From a virus (Duplodnaviria; Caudoviricetes), in the IMG/VR virus record IMGVR_UViG_3300044820_000033, positions 1 to 39,410 of that record: a stretch of DNA of 39,410 nucleotides; one strand, 5' to 3'. This document shows positions 1 through 9,284 of the stretch, piece after piece. The position numbers were made by a program, and so were the translations under genes. Position 1 is the first letter of the stretch; each line of letters begins with the position of its first letter. Under the pieces are notes generated by a model. That model saw only the letters and a program-made list of their open reading frames with translations. It was not told the DNA's origin and did not search any database.

Positions 1-238
1 TTAGTGCTTAAGCTGCCGGGGCCTTGGATGTCGACGCCGGATACAGAGCAAAGAAGCCCCGCAGCCGCCACCACGTCCTCAGAGTGGCCATCGAGCACGA
101 TAATCGTGTCGTTGGCCGCAAGGTTTGCCTGCGAAAGAGCGTAGGCCAGCGTTGCGAACGGCTGATCCATGGACGTGCCAGGATAGCCGTTCGAGCCGAG
201 GGCGGAACTGACGAACCAATAGTTCTTGTTCGACAGAA
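1..238. repeat. Terminal direct repeat, copy 1 (matches 39173..39410)
   Basis: 1-38 and 112-238 identical to the contig end; 15 substitutions within 39-111. Confidence 0.95.
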
Positions 239-305
239 TGAAGTTACCCCCGACGATAGGAGTGCCGAAGCTCGACACCCCCTGCGGAAAGTTTGTGAGA
301 GCCAT
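1..305 (-). CDS. 5' part of beta-helix tailspike-like virion protein; continues across the contig ends into 38179..39410
   Basis: ATG at 305 preceded by TAGGAG; reads MALTNFPQGVSSFGTPIVGG...GTSMDQPFATLAYAL, overlapping in frame with the start of ORF 38179..39342. Confidence 0.8.
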   Translation of the reverse strand, partial: MALTNFPQGVSSFGTPIVGGNFILSNKNYWFVSSALGSNGYPGTSMDQPFATLAYALSQANLAANDTIIVLDGHSEDVVAAAGLLCSVSGVDIQGPGSLST

Positions 306-325
306 GAGCTTAATCTCCTAGTGGG

Positions 326-1234
326 TTAAGCCGTGGCCATCTGGCCATACACAGCGCGCGGATCGTTGAAGAAGTAGCCCTTGCGCTCGTAGCACTTGAC
401 CTTGAGGTTATCGCTGTCGAAGTCCGTGAACATGGTCATCTCGAACGCTTCGCGCTCGATTTCGATGAACCCTTCAACGCTCGTCGGCAGGAACCACGCA
501 TATTGTGATGTCAAATAGCGGCTGACGACAGGCGTCAGACGGCCATTGATGCCCTGGATGACGTTCGGGTCGTTGTTCGCGGTTCCGGGGCGAAGCTCGC
601 TCTCGAGAAGGCGTTTGCCAACGTCGAGCAGGTTCCACGGAATGAGCAGCTTTTCGGCCTGCACATCGATGAAGAGCCCGGCCTGATCCACAAAGGTTGT
701 GGGGATCGCCTTAAGAGCGGCAAGTAAGCTCGCTTCGTTCAAGCTCTGCGGTGTGGCGCTGGTGTTGGCGAAAGTTCCGCCGTCAACCAGATGGCCGGTG
801 CTCAACAATGCCTGACCGTCGCCGCCTGTGGCGGAATTATAGGTCGAAGCAGTGTTGAAGAGGTAGGCCGCCTGAGTGTTCCAGAACGCGCCCATCGACC
901 GCTGAAGGCCGAGGTTTGCGGGCGTAAAGTCGCTCTTATAGAGACAATCGGCCAGGGCGTTCCGGGTCATCACATAACCCAGGCCCGCGCCAACCGGCTG
1001 CATGTTATAAGTATAACGGTCGCCAGCATTGTTGTCATACGCAACAGACTGACCGTCCGTCTTGAGTTGTGCGATAGGAGTAAAACGCGCCTGAACGGTT
1101 TTCTCCATGTTCATCTTCGAAGATTTCTTCGTGAAGATGCCCTTGAACTCGAACGGGACTTCCTTGTATTTGCCCGTTACAGCCATCAAGCCGGGTTGAA
1201 GTTCGGCGAAGATGGAAGCTAGATTGATAGACAT
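326..1234 (-). CDS. Major capsid protein (Mu gpT-like major head family)
   Basis: 302 aa; GGDGQALLSTGH and C-terminal KVKCYERKGYFFNDPRAVYG motifs typical of this capsid family; lies after portal and scaffold. Confidence 0.85.
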   Translation of the reverse strand: MSINLASIFAELQPGLMAVTGKYKEVPFEFKGIFTKKSSKMNMEKTVQARFTPIAQLKTDGQSVAYDNNAGDRYTYNMQPVGAGLGYVMTRNALADCLYKSDFTPANLGLQRSMGAFWNTQAAYLFNTASTYNSATGGDGQALLSTGHLVDGGTFANTSATPQSLNEASLLAALKAIPTTFVDQAGLFIDVQAEKLLIPWNLLDVGKRLLESELRPGTANNDPNVIQGINGRLTPVVSRYLTSQYAWFLPTSVEGFIEIEREAFEMTMFTDFDSDNLKVKCYERKGYFFNDPRAVYGQMATA

Positions 1235-1249
1235 TGTTCACATCTCCCC

Positions 1250-1855
1250 TTAGTTGATGCCGGTTTCGCCAGCCGGATTGCTCTGGACGATCACGATGTT
1301 ATAGTTTGAAGTGTCGTCAGTGCCGGGAGCCCCAGGAGAGACAGCCGAATACATGTCGACGATACGGAAGGGCAGAGTCGCGGTCGTGCCGATGGTGCCG
1401 CGGTCGAGCGTCATGCCGGAAAGGCCGAAGCCGCCTGCAATGCTCTGAGAGCCGACGCTGATATCGCAGTTCGCGCCGATATCGGCGAACGTGAAGTTCG
1501 TCGAGGTAGCCTGAACTTTGAAAAGCTGCGGAGCGGCGCCAACAATCGGAATGATTTCGGCATAACCGTCAACGGCGTGATCGCCGTTCGGCCAATAGGA
1601 CGCATATACCCACTGACCGCGAGCGGTCGAGAGGTATCGGCAACCAACAAAGATGCCTGCGGCCTGAGACACGGCAACGCCGGCAGCGCTGATTGCAACA
1701 TAGCCGGTCGAGAGCGACTGAACGAGGTCGCCTTTACAGATCGGCGTGTTGTTCGCCGCTGCGATCTTGCGTTCGATTGGTCCGCCAGTTACGGCAGGCC
1801 CGCCACGGTTCGGCCCCATATAGCTGAATCCGAATGGGCTGTTTGTGTTAGCCAT
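1250..1855 (-). CDS. Putative capsid decoration / minor head protein
   Basis: MANTNSPFGF N-terminus, beta-rich, immediately upstream of the major capsid gene. Confidence 0.6.
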   Translation of the reverse strand: MANTNSPFGFSYMGPNRGGPAVTGGPIERKIAAANNTPICKGDLVQSLSTGYVAISAAGVAVSQAAGIFVGCRYLSTARGQWVYASYWPNGDHAVDGYAEIIPIVGAAPQLFKVQATSTNFTFADIGANCDISVGSQSIAGGFGLSGMTLDRGTIGTTATLPFRIVDMYSAVSPGAPGTDDTSNYNIVIVQSNPAGETGIN

Positions 1856-1863
1856 TGTTTGGA

Positions 1864-1934
1864 TTTCCCAGAAGGGAGAAGGCTCGAAGTCAGCGCGACC
1901 GGCCTGATTTTTCGATAATTCCCAGCGCGGGAAT
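1864..1934 (-). promoter_or_regulatory. Structured leader of capsid genes: two hairpins with identical GCGCU loop plus a hairpin over the RBS region
   Basis: Minus strand: AUUCCC-GCGCU-GGGAAU (1918-1934), GUC-GCGCU-GAC (1889-1899, extendable AGGC/GCCU), UCCC-UUCU-GGGA just before the ATG at 1855. Confidence 0.55.
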
Positions 1935-1936
1935 GA

Positions 1937-2506
1937 TTACTCTTCCAAGGCAACCGGGCGGGGCCTGTGTGCAGGCTTCCAAGCGCTCGGCGCGGCCTGA
2001 AGATGTTCGCGGTCAAGTTGCGAGGTCGGAACAAATCCGTCTGGCATCTGATACGTTTCGTCGTAGATTTTTTGAAGCTGCCTGCCGTATTGGACATTCG
2101 CGAGCCTCAAATCCTCTTGTCGAGCTTCATCGGTCATCGCTTGCGGTCGTTCCATGAGAACGAGCCCCTCGCGAGAGATGAAGTTCTGACCTTCCGGCGT
2201 TTCGTCGCGGAAATAGCCATGCAAGGCATCAGGCGGAACCTCGCGCCACCCGGCGCGCTTCATCACCGACATTTCCGACATTTCGGTGTTGCCATAGCAA
2301 GAAGCGCGGATCCACTGATAGGACCAGCCCGCTTCTTTGATTTCTTCCGGCAAGTCGAATGGATTCCCGCGCAGCGTTGGGGCGCGCTTCAGCACCTCGC
2401 CGTTGCGCCCTTGATATTCGCCAGGACGGAGAGCGATTTCGCCTTCTCTGATTGGAGCGCGCACAGGTTTGCGACCGGCATCGATGCCGCTTTTTACTTC
2501 AGTCAT
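1937..2506 (-). CDS. Conserved phage head-module protein of unknown function
   Basis: 189 aa with GWSYQWIR...GWREVP...GLVLMERP pattern; between scaffold and capsid genes. Confidence 0.7.
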   Translation of the reverse strand: MTEVKSGIDAGRKPVRAPIREGEIALRPGEYQGRNGEVLKRAPTLRGNPFDLPEEIKEAGWSYQWIRASCYGNTEMSEMSVMKRAGWREVPPDALHGYFRDETPEGQNFISREGLVLMERPQAMTDEARQEDLRLANVQYGRQLQKIYDETYQMPDGFVPTSQLDREHLQAAPSAWKPAHRPRPVALEE

Positions 2507-2521
2507 GTGATGAATCCCTAA

Positions 2522-3565
2522 TTAAGCCGTGTATCGAGCGTGAAGCCGTCCGCCTGCTTGAGCAGAAGACAATTGGCCGTGGCCCGACTTGACCTTGAAC
2601 GCCGCATATTCCTTTTCGGTCATTTTCAACTGGCGCGCTTGATCGCGGTCGAACTCTGTCAAAAAGACCTTATTTGTAGCGCCAGAACTCGACGAGGAGC
2701 GAGACGCAGGAGCCGCGGCCATCCGTTTCGTGCGCGGCTGCGCTTTCACGGGCTGACGAACCTGTTCCGGCTCGTCATCTGGCTCAAGATAGCCCATTTG
2801 CTCGTCCAAAAAGTCGAGATAGGCATCAGTTCCCGGCTTCATGCCTCTGGCTGTCGCCATTGCATCGGCCGCAACCGCCAAGCGTTGCCGCTCTGGAATT
2901 ATGACGTCGTCTTTGTGCTCGCGCGCCCATGCGGCGACGCGGGGGTCCATCTTTCTCAGTGCCGCCTCGAAAGGATCGGCCACCTGTTGCGGCGCAGGAG
3001 CTTGCCGCGGGGCCTTTTCTTGGGCGTCAAGGCCCTGATAGGCGTCCGCATAGCGGCCCATGAGCTGCGTTGTCTTGGTAATCTCGATTTGAGCATCTGC
3101 GGCAGCCTCAAAGTCGCGATTTTCAAGCGCGGCGGCATATTTCCGTTTCGTGTCGGCAAGTTTCAACTCTTCGACGTTGTACGCCTGTTCGAGCAAAGCC
3201 TTCTGATTGCCGATTTCCGTTGCAGCCCGTTGCGCGAGCGCCGCTTGACTCTCTCGATTGGCCCTTTCAAGCTCTAAAGCGCGCCGATCGGAAGCTTCGC
3301 GGGCCGACTTGACCTCGTCGAACTGCTTCTTCAGAGCTTCGATTGGACTTTCGCCCTCGTCCTCGTGCTCTTCGGTGACAACTTCGACGGTCTGAGGAGC
3401 CGTCGCGTCCGACTGCCCCTCAATGTCGACCTCGACGCCATCGGCAACCAGCGCTACGCCCTCGTCAACCACATCGTTGACGTTGAACTTCACACTTAGA
3501 TTGCCCCTGTCGGTCGCCTGTTCCGCTTCCCGGCGTTCTGCGCGAAGCCGTTGTTTGGTTCCCAT
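2522..3565 (-). CDS. Putative scaffolding protein
   Basis: Acidic N-terminus, long coiled coil, C-terminal helix (ARQLKMTEKEYA); start moved to ATG 3565 (GAGG upstream) to avoid overlap. Confidence 0.65.
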   Translation of the reverse strand: MGTKQRLRAERREAEQATDRGNLSVKFNVNDVVDEGVALVADGVEVDIEGQSDATAPQTVEVVTEEHEDEGESPIEALKKQFDEVKSAREASDRRALELERANRESQAALAQRAATEIGNQKALLEQAYNVEELKLADTKRKYAAALENRDFEAAADAQIEITKTTQLMGRYADAYQGLDAQEKAPRQAPAPQQVADPFEAALRKMDPRVAAWAREHKDDVIIPERQRLAVAADAMATARGMKPGTDAYLDFLDEQMGYLEPDDEPEQVRQPVKAQPRTKRMAAAPASRSSSSSGATNKVFLTEFDRDQARQLKMTEKEYAAFKVKSGHGQLSSAQAGGRLHARYTA

Positions 3566-3573
3566 AGCTGACC

Positions 3574-3996
3574 TCAGTAAATGGCTTCGATATCTGTGAT
3601 ACGACCAACGATGTCCGCATCCCAGATATGACGGCACGAAATCCCCCCGATGCCGGTTTCCCAGGCGTCAGAGGTACGATAGAAGACCCAATCGCCAACC
3701 GACGGCTTTGGCCCCTTCCACTCGTAGGACGGAAAGCGAGGATCGTTTTCGAAGGCTGTCGTTCCCAGCTTGAGAATGAGGCCCACCTTACCTTGCCAGC
3801 GCCCTTCATCCTTTTGCTTGTCGGTCGCTACAAGTAGGCCGCTTCTGCCCAGCGTGGACGCAGACGGCGCTGTCGCAACGAGTACGCGAGAGCCATAGAT
3901 TTCCGGGAACTTCTCAAGCTCAGCGCCGACGCGCGCAAGGACAACTTCTTTGGGATCTTCGACCCCAGGCTTATATTCCAACTGCTTAATATTCAT
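3574..3996 (-). CDS. GroES/Cpn10-like co-chaperonin
   Basis: GSRVLV...SGLLV...GLILKLG...PSVGDWVFY...DADIVG matches the GroES pattern. Confidence 0.75.
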   Translation of the reverse strand: MNIKQLEYKPGVEDPKEVVLARVGAELEKFPEIYGSRVLVATAPSASTLGRSGLLVATDKQKDEGRWQGKVGLILKLGTTAFENDPRFPSYEWKGPKPSVGDWVFYRTSDAWETGIGGISCRHIWDADIVGRITDIEAIY

Positions 3997-4211
3997 CTGC
4001 TGCCTTCCTGCTTTGATATTTTGGCGCGCACCTCATCAATCATTTGAACGACTTCGGTGAACGCGCCGACGTAGCCGGTGAGACGGCGATAATCCTCGAA
4101 CGAGGTAACGCCGGATCCCGTGCTCAACTGCGCGACGACCTCATTGCAGCGCTTCTCAACTGCCGCGCGAAGCTCTCGCTCGATCAGTGTCGATCTGCTG
4201 TCAAAGGTCAT
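3993..4211 (-). CDS. Hypothetical phage protein
   Basis: 72 aa helical protein (SFEDYRRLTGY), ATGA-coupled to the GroES-like gene. Confidence 0.7.
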   Translation of the reverse strand: MTFDSRSTLIERELRAAVEKRCNEVVAQLSTGSGVTSFEDYRRLTGYVGAFTEVVQMIDEVRAKISKQEGSR

Positions 4212-4214
4212 CAG

Positions 4215-4739
4215 CTATTTGTTTCCGGTTCGGCTTGCTGCCGCCCGTTGAAATGAAGAACCCTTGCGGCGTTGATGCGCGGCCTTCTCAAGTCGGCCTT
4301 TGCCGCTTTCGGCACCTGCATCGAATTTTCCAACAGCGCCACCAGCGGCGCGACGTTTGACGCTGCCGCCACGCTTTACGCCTAGCGGCTTTACCCCCTG
4401 CAAAGCAGCCAGCCCGCCAGCAGGCCCAGCCTGTGGAGCGGGAGGCGCTGCCGGGACCGGCTGTCGGGAAGGCAGCACGGCAGCAGGCCCCGGCGTTGCG
4501 CCCTGCGGCGTAGCGGACGGACCGGCTTGGCCCTGACCACCGCGCGGGGCAACCAGTACGTTGACTTGTGTGCCTTTCCCTTTTCCGCCGCTCTTTTCGG
4601 TTTTGCCACCGCGAGCGCGGCCCGTCAGGGCTTCCGGTTTCACCTTCTGCTTGAGCTTCCTGTCTTTCTTCTCGTCAGGATGCCCAGCCATTTCGACCAT
4701 GCGGCTGTGAAGTTTGCTGTGAGATTGTGCTTTTTTCAC
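4215..4739 (-). CDS. Basic low-complexity protein with xAxGG motifs
   Basis: RARGG, KRGG, RAAGG; coupled to the portal stop by a GTGA overlap. Confidence 0.65.
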   Translation of the reverse strand: MKKAQSHSKLHSRMVEMAGHPDEKKDRKLKQKVKPEALTGRARGGKTEKSGGKGKGTQVNVLVAPRGGQGQAGPSATPQGATPGPAAVLPSRQPVPAAPPAPQAGPAGGLAALQGVKPLGVKRGGSVKRRAAGGAVGKFDAGAESGKGRLEKAAHQRRKGSSFQRAAASRTGNK

Positions 4740-6784
4740 TGGATAAGACCTTGTGTCGTTTCTTGGACGATTGCTTGGCTCAAGGGGTGAATCGCCACCT
4801 CTTTCGCCAAATCGCTTATGTGCTCTTGTGATCGGGCTTGCCGCTCAAGTTCAGACTCCTTCGCGGTCTGAGCCATCGCGGCGAGTTTTAGTTCGCGATC
4901 TTTCTCGGCTTCCGACGCCTTCATTTGCTGGATCTGGATTTGTGTGCCGGCGCGGATCACGTTCGGATCGGGCGCGGCGTTCGGAGCTTGTGGAGGAGGA
5001 GGCGGAAGGATAAAGCGCTTCAACTCAGGAACGCCGACTTGATCGCAATACCACTCAGTGGCACCAACGATGTCCCAACCCTGCGGATTGTCTTTGACGA
5101 TTTGCCGCCCAGCTTCGGCCTTTGCGAGCCTGACCATATGAGATGGAACATTCGGATCGGCGCGCGGCGACAGTTCGTAGTTTTCAAGCGCTTGCTTGAT
5201 CAACTCGGCATTATGCGGAGGCTGCGGATCGCCGCGCCAGAGCGCTTCGGGATCTTCGCGGAGAAGTTCTTGAAACATGCGAAGTTCTTCAGACTGCGCC
5301 TGATGAATGCGCTTGTGGACGGCCGACATGACCTTCTGAGCCTGCTCAATCAGTGCGATGGTCGTCCCAACCGGAGCCTGCTGATTGCCCTCGCCGACCT
5401 GAACTTCAGCCGTTCCGCCGATACGTTGCGCCGTGACCCTGATTTGATCGAGGAACTGAATGAACGCGGCGTCGACCGGCTTCGACGGGAGCGGCATCAA
5501 AACGTCTGAAAGTTTTCCGCCGACCGGGACGTTGAACGGGATACCTTGGCCCGGACCAGCGCGAAAATCCGTCTTGTCCTGCCCTTGCCCTGTCTTGGCA
5601 TAGGCGAACATATTAAAGTTTGAATACATCCCGTTATCGATCAGGATGCGCATCGCCGCCGTGATTATGTTCGTCGTGTTCCCGAGTACGTGCATCAAGC
5701 CAAGCGGATAGAAGCCAAACGCAGGAATGAACGGATACATGACGAACGTCTTCCGCTTCATGCACTGCTCGTCGCCTTCCTTCCAGTTCCGGCGAATTTC
5801 GAGAATCGTCTTCGATGATTTGTCGATCGTGACGCGGTAGGGGATCGGAAGCCCGGTGATTTTTCCGTTCAGCTTGTGCTCAAAGCCGGGAATATCGAGA
5901 TCGGCGTAACATTCATAAATAGTTCGATCGACGTTCTCAGGCTTCGAACTTGCCGACGTGGAGATTCCTTGCGTCGAGGCAATCTTCCTGTCGACTGCCG
6001 TGCTCTCTTCCGTTGGCGGGTTGAGATCGGCTTCGCGGTATGCCCCCGCAATTTGCATCCGAATGAGCACCGTCTTCGACATTTTGATGACGTGCGTCAC
6101 CCGACCAGCGTTGTCGATGTCCGTTGCGTTGTTCGAGACGATCAAGTCTTTCGCATCGATGCTTTCGATAACAGGCCGACGCCGGATCGGGCAATGATAG
6201 CCCTTTTTTATGCCGCAGCCGCTCCAGCCGACCTGAAAGAACAGTTTGTCGCTGTCTGGAACGTATTCCGTCGCCCTGACGGTCAAATACTTGTTCGATG
6301 CACCTTCAAGCGCTTCGGCCTGTGCATTGTTGCCGTCAGTCTGTTCGCCGTCGTTCTTTACCTTGACCGGACCTTCAGCCGGTAGGAGTTCACCGCGCGC
6401 GTTCGCCTGGAACCGGATCGCAGCTTCAAGAAGGGCGCTGTCTTGGTAAGTGGACATGCCTTCGAACGCGGCGCCACCTTCTGACGGGCTGGCCTTTGGT
6501 TCGATGATCTTAAGCCCGAGGAGCCCGACAGCCTTTTCGCGCAGTTGCAACCATTCAGACCTCGATTGATCGTCTTCGGCGATGTCTTCGATCAATTGGC
6601 TTGCAAGCGCCGTTAGAACGTCTTCAGGAATGCGCCCCTCGTCGGCAAGGTTCTGATCGTGCTCGCTGGTTTCCTGCTTGTCGGTTTCCGGCCCAATCGT
6701 GACCCAGACGCCGCCTTGATCGTCATCAGGCACAGCGATGTTTGCAACAGAGCCGAAGCCCTGTTCTGGCGTGTCTTCCTGCAT
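4736..6784 (-). CDS. Portal protein (P22-like)
   Basis: 682 aa directly after TerL; DDQSRSEW, FQANARGELLP, PVGTTIALIEQ, C-terminal coiled coil. Confidence 0.85.
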   Translation of the reverse strand: MQEDTPEQGFGSVANIAVPDDDQGGVWVTIGPETDKQETSEHDQNLADEGRIPEDVLTALASQLIEDIAEDDQSRSEWLQLREKAVGLLGLKIIEPKASPSEGGAAFEGMSTYQDSALLEAAIRFQANARGELLPAEGPVKVKNDGEQTDGNNAQAEALEGASNKYLTVRATEYVPDSDKLFFQVGWSGCGIKKGYHCPIRRRPVIESIDAKDLIVSNNATDIDNAGRVTHVIKMSKTVLIRMQIAGAYREADLNPPTEESTAVDRKIASTQGISTSASSKPENVDRTIYECYADLDIPGFEHKLNGKITGLPIPYRVTIDKSSKTILEIRRNWKEGDEQCMKRKTFVMYPFIPAFGFYPLGLMHVLGNTTNIITAAMRILIDNGMYSNFNMFAYAKTGQGQDKTDFRAGPGQGIPFNVPVGGKLSDVLMPLPSKPVDAAFIQFLDQIRVTAQRIGGTAEVQVGEGNQQAPVGTTIALIEQAQKVMSAVHKRIHQAQSEELRMFQELLREDPEALWRGDPQPPHNAELIKQALENYELSPRADPNVPSHMVRLAKAEAGRQIVKDNPQGWDIVGATEWYCDQVGVPELKRFILPPPPPQAPNAAPDPNVIRAGTQIQIQQMKASEAEKDRELKLAAMAQTAKESELERQARSQEHISDLAKEVAIHPLSQAIVQETTQGLIQ

Positions 6785-6793
6785 CGATTGTCC

Positions 6794-8431
6794 TTAGATT
6801 GCGTACAGCGGCGCAGACGGCTTGTAGTTGCTCATCGCGTCGCGCTTGCTTGCGAACTGCTCGTCCTTGCGCTCAAGGAAACCGCAGCATCGCAGATGAT
6901 AAATTCCCTGCGTGGTCGAGTCCGTCAAATCGTCATACCGGCCCCGAGGAGCCACGGCGCACTCGTCGACGACCATGTTCGCCCATGTCTTGTCGGGTGC
7001 CCAAATCTGCCCCGCCGAAAACTCAGGCTGCACGCGGATCATGCGCGCCACCTTGTCGAGCTTCTTCGGATCGACGAGGCTTATCGTGTACCGCGCATCT
7101 GTGAACAGCTTCGACATGGTTTGAACGACGCTGTGTCCGCTGGCCTTGGCTTCAACAATCAGGTGGTCGACGTGAAACCGCTTGCAGAGGTCGTGCACAG
7201 TCTCAACCAAACCCCATTGCGGTTGAACGCGCGCCCGGTAGTCGTCTTGCGTTTCGCCCGTCCATCGCTCCGTCAGAGGCCCGCACAATTCGAGCTTCTT
7301 GCGGAAGGCATGGAGCAGAACCGCCGCTCGCGTGCCCTCTTTCGTCAGGAAGCAGCCCCAGATTGTGAAGCCCGAAGGATCGTTTTCCTCTTTGCTTGTG
7401 AAGGCCGGATCAAGCGACGCCAGGATATAGTCGCACTCTGGAAACTCTTTTTCTTCCCAGACGCGCCAATAATCCCGCTTCAGAATGCCGCCACCGCGAG
7501 GTTCCGGCCGCTGCATGTACTGACCGGCGAAAGCGAATTCGCCCATTGCCCGCGCCATGTCGACGGCTTGCGGCGGATATCGTTCCGGCCAGTAGCATTC
7601 ACCCTCGACCGTTCGAGGATCACGCCAGCCGATAACCGTTTCGCAGCCTGGAGCCTCGAACAGCAGCGGGATCATCAAATGCACATAGGGCAACCCGGCA
7701 TCGAGGATGGTGCCGCTTACGTCGTCCTCATGCGATCTTTGCTGGATGACCACGATCACGCTGTTGACCATGTCGTTCAGCCGGTTCGTGACAGCCTCGC
7801 GAAACTTGCGCGCCGTCTCTTCGCGGATTGCCTCAGATTCGCTTTCTGCAATGTTGTTCGGATCGTCGACGAGCAGGAAGCCCGCGCGCTTTCCGGTGAC
7901 ACTGCCCCGGATGCCGAGCGCCTGCTTAAAGCCCGTCTTGCTCGTCTCGATAAGCTCTTCGCCGGCCTTCGTGAGCTTGAAGCAGCGCCCGAAAAGACGC
8001 TGATATTCCGCCGACTGTATAAGGTTGATCGTCTTCCGGTTGTCGCGCTGCGGATTGTCGTCAGAGTACGACATACACAGAAAGCGCTCGCCGGGGCGAT
8101 TCTTCGGACCCCAGACCCACGCCGTAAAGAACACGAGCAGCAGGCTTTTCATCGAGCCTGGACACACATTCTCAAGCAAGCGGGTAATCTTGACGCCGTT
8201 GACGGGATCGACCGTTGCTTCGAGGTGGAGCGCCATCGCCTCAAGCGCCCAGCCGTTCAAAAACTTCGTGTCAGGTTCGAGGATCGGCCAGAAGTGTTCG
8301 ACAAATTTCAGAAGCCCGCCAGGCGCAGCAAACTCATCCTTCAGCTTGCGATCAAGCTTTTCCTGTAGGGCCAGAGCAACGGCCCGCTTGGTGCCGAAGT
8401 GGTCAAGCAGTTCCGTTGCGTCGACTTCCAA
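6794..8431 (-). CDS. terL: Terminase large subunit
   Basis: Walker A-like CPGSMKS, Walker B LLVDDP, QQR coupling motif, nuclease domain SLDPA...YDDLTDS. Confidence 0.93.
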   Translation of the reverse strand: MEVDATELLDHFGTKRAVALALQEKLDRKLKDEFAAPGGLLKFVEHFWPILEPDTKFLNGWALEAMALHLEATVDPVNGVKITRLLENVCPGSMKSLLLVFFTAWVWGPKNRPGERFLCMSYSDDNPQRDNRKTINLIQSAEYQRLFGRCFKLTKAGEELIETSKTGFKQALGIRGSVTGKRAGFLLVDDPNNIAESESEAIREETARKFREAVTNRLNDMVNSVIVVIQQRSHEDDVSGTILDAGLPYVHLMIPLLFEAPGCETVIGWRDPRTVEGECYWPERYPPQAVDMARAMGEFAFAGQYMQRPEPRGGGILKRDYWRVWEEKEFPECDYILASLDPAFTSKEENDPSGFTIWGCFLTKEGTRAAVLLHAFRKKLELCGPLTERWTGETQDDYRARVQPQWGLVETVHDLCKRFHVDHLIVEAKASGHSVVQTMSKLFTDARYTISLVDPKKLDKVARMIRVQPEFSAGQIWAPDKTWANMVVDECAVAPRGRYDDLTDSTTQGIYHLRCCGFLERKDEQFASKRDAMSNYKPSAPLYAI

Positions 8432-8443
8432 AAATGGCCCCCT

Positions 8444-9031
8444 TTAGGCCGCCGCCTGTTCGTTGTAGATTGCATAGACGGACGCCCGCGCAATTTTCAT
8501 TTCCCGCGCGATAACTGAGGGGTTTTCGCCGCGTTCCTTGCGAGCCAGAACTTCGGCGCGATCAATCCGTTTAGTGCCGCCCGCATACTTGAGGCGACCA
8601 GTCTTGGCGCTGATTTCCTTATTGTCGAGCGCCCTCTTGACGCCTTCCTTCTGACGTTCGCGCCTAAGCCGTGTTTCGAATTGCGCGAACGCGGCCAGGA
8701 TATCGACCATTAAGCCGCCAAGCGCGCCGTCCGTGTTCATGATGGGCTGTTCTGTGCATTGGAACTTGATGCCCCGCTTCATCAAGTCAGCGTGGACATT
8801 CTGAAAGTCGATGTTTGAGCGCGCAAGGCGATCGATGCGGGTCACAACCAGCGTGTCGCCCGAGCGCATGAACGAAAGCAGGAGCTTCAATTCTTCGCGG
8901 CCTTCGAGCGAGGAGCCGGAAGCCTTCTCTTGTCGAATGACGGTGCAGCCTGCCCGCTTCAGCGCTTCGATTTGAACCGTCGTGTCTTGCTCGTCGGTGC
9001 TAACGCGGGCGTATCCGTAAACTTCAGCCAT
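8444..9031 (-). CDS. Small serine recombinase (resolvase/invertase family) with C-terminal HTH
   Basis: YGYARVST catalytic motif, GDTLVVTRIDRLARS, C-terminal IAREMKIARASVY; start set at ATG 9031. Confidence 0.93.
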   Translation of the reverse strand: MAEVYGYARVSTDEQDTTVQIEALKRAGCTVIRQEKASGSSLEGREELKLLLSFMRSGDTLVVTRIDRLARSNIDFQNVHADLMKRGIKFQCTEQPIMNTDGALGGLMVDILAAFAQFETRLRRERQKEGVKRALDNKEISAKTGRLKYAGGTKRIDRAEVLARKERGENPSVIAREMKIARASVYAIYNEQAAA

Positions 9032-9044
9032 TTTCTGCCTCATG

Positions 9045-9171
9045 TGTTCAATCAGGGTTAGTAAAGCTAACATATGTCCAATATGGACCGATGTCAACCC
9101 TGATCAGACAGAAAACAGCAACAAATCAAATTGTCAGGACTTGTTCAATCAGGGACTACCCTGATTGAACA
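9045..9171. promoter_or_regulatory. res-like multi-subsite recombination/operator region
   Basis: Perfect IR TGTTCAATCAGGG-ACTA-CCCTGATTGAACA (9142-9171); further half-sites TGTTCAATCAGGGTT (9045-9059) and AACCCTGATCAGACA (9096-9110), directly upstream of the recombinase. Confidence 0.75.
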
Positions 9172-9284
9172 CGAAAAAAGCTAGACCCTGACCACCAAAG
9201 CGCCGTGCATGACGAGCGATCCAGTAAACCAGAGGCGCTCTAGCCTATCTGCCGCTGGTTGAGGCAGGGAAGAGCGAAAGGATT

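Noticed and set aside
39-111. Diversity-generating retroelement template/variable repeat pair
   Set aside because: Substitutions are not adenine-specific, are mostly third-position, and no reverse transcriptase is encoded
6659-8368. 569-aa plus-strand ORF and other long antisense ORFs (e.g. 25498..26601, 30786..31685, 18665..19429)
   Set aside because: Shadows of well-supported genes on the opposite strand in GC-rich DNA; no motifs
8444-9031. Serine integrase or tail-fibre invertase
   Set aside because: Only 195 aa with no recombinase/zinc-ribbon domains; I found no copies of its binding motif flanking tail genes
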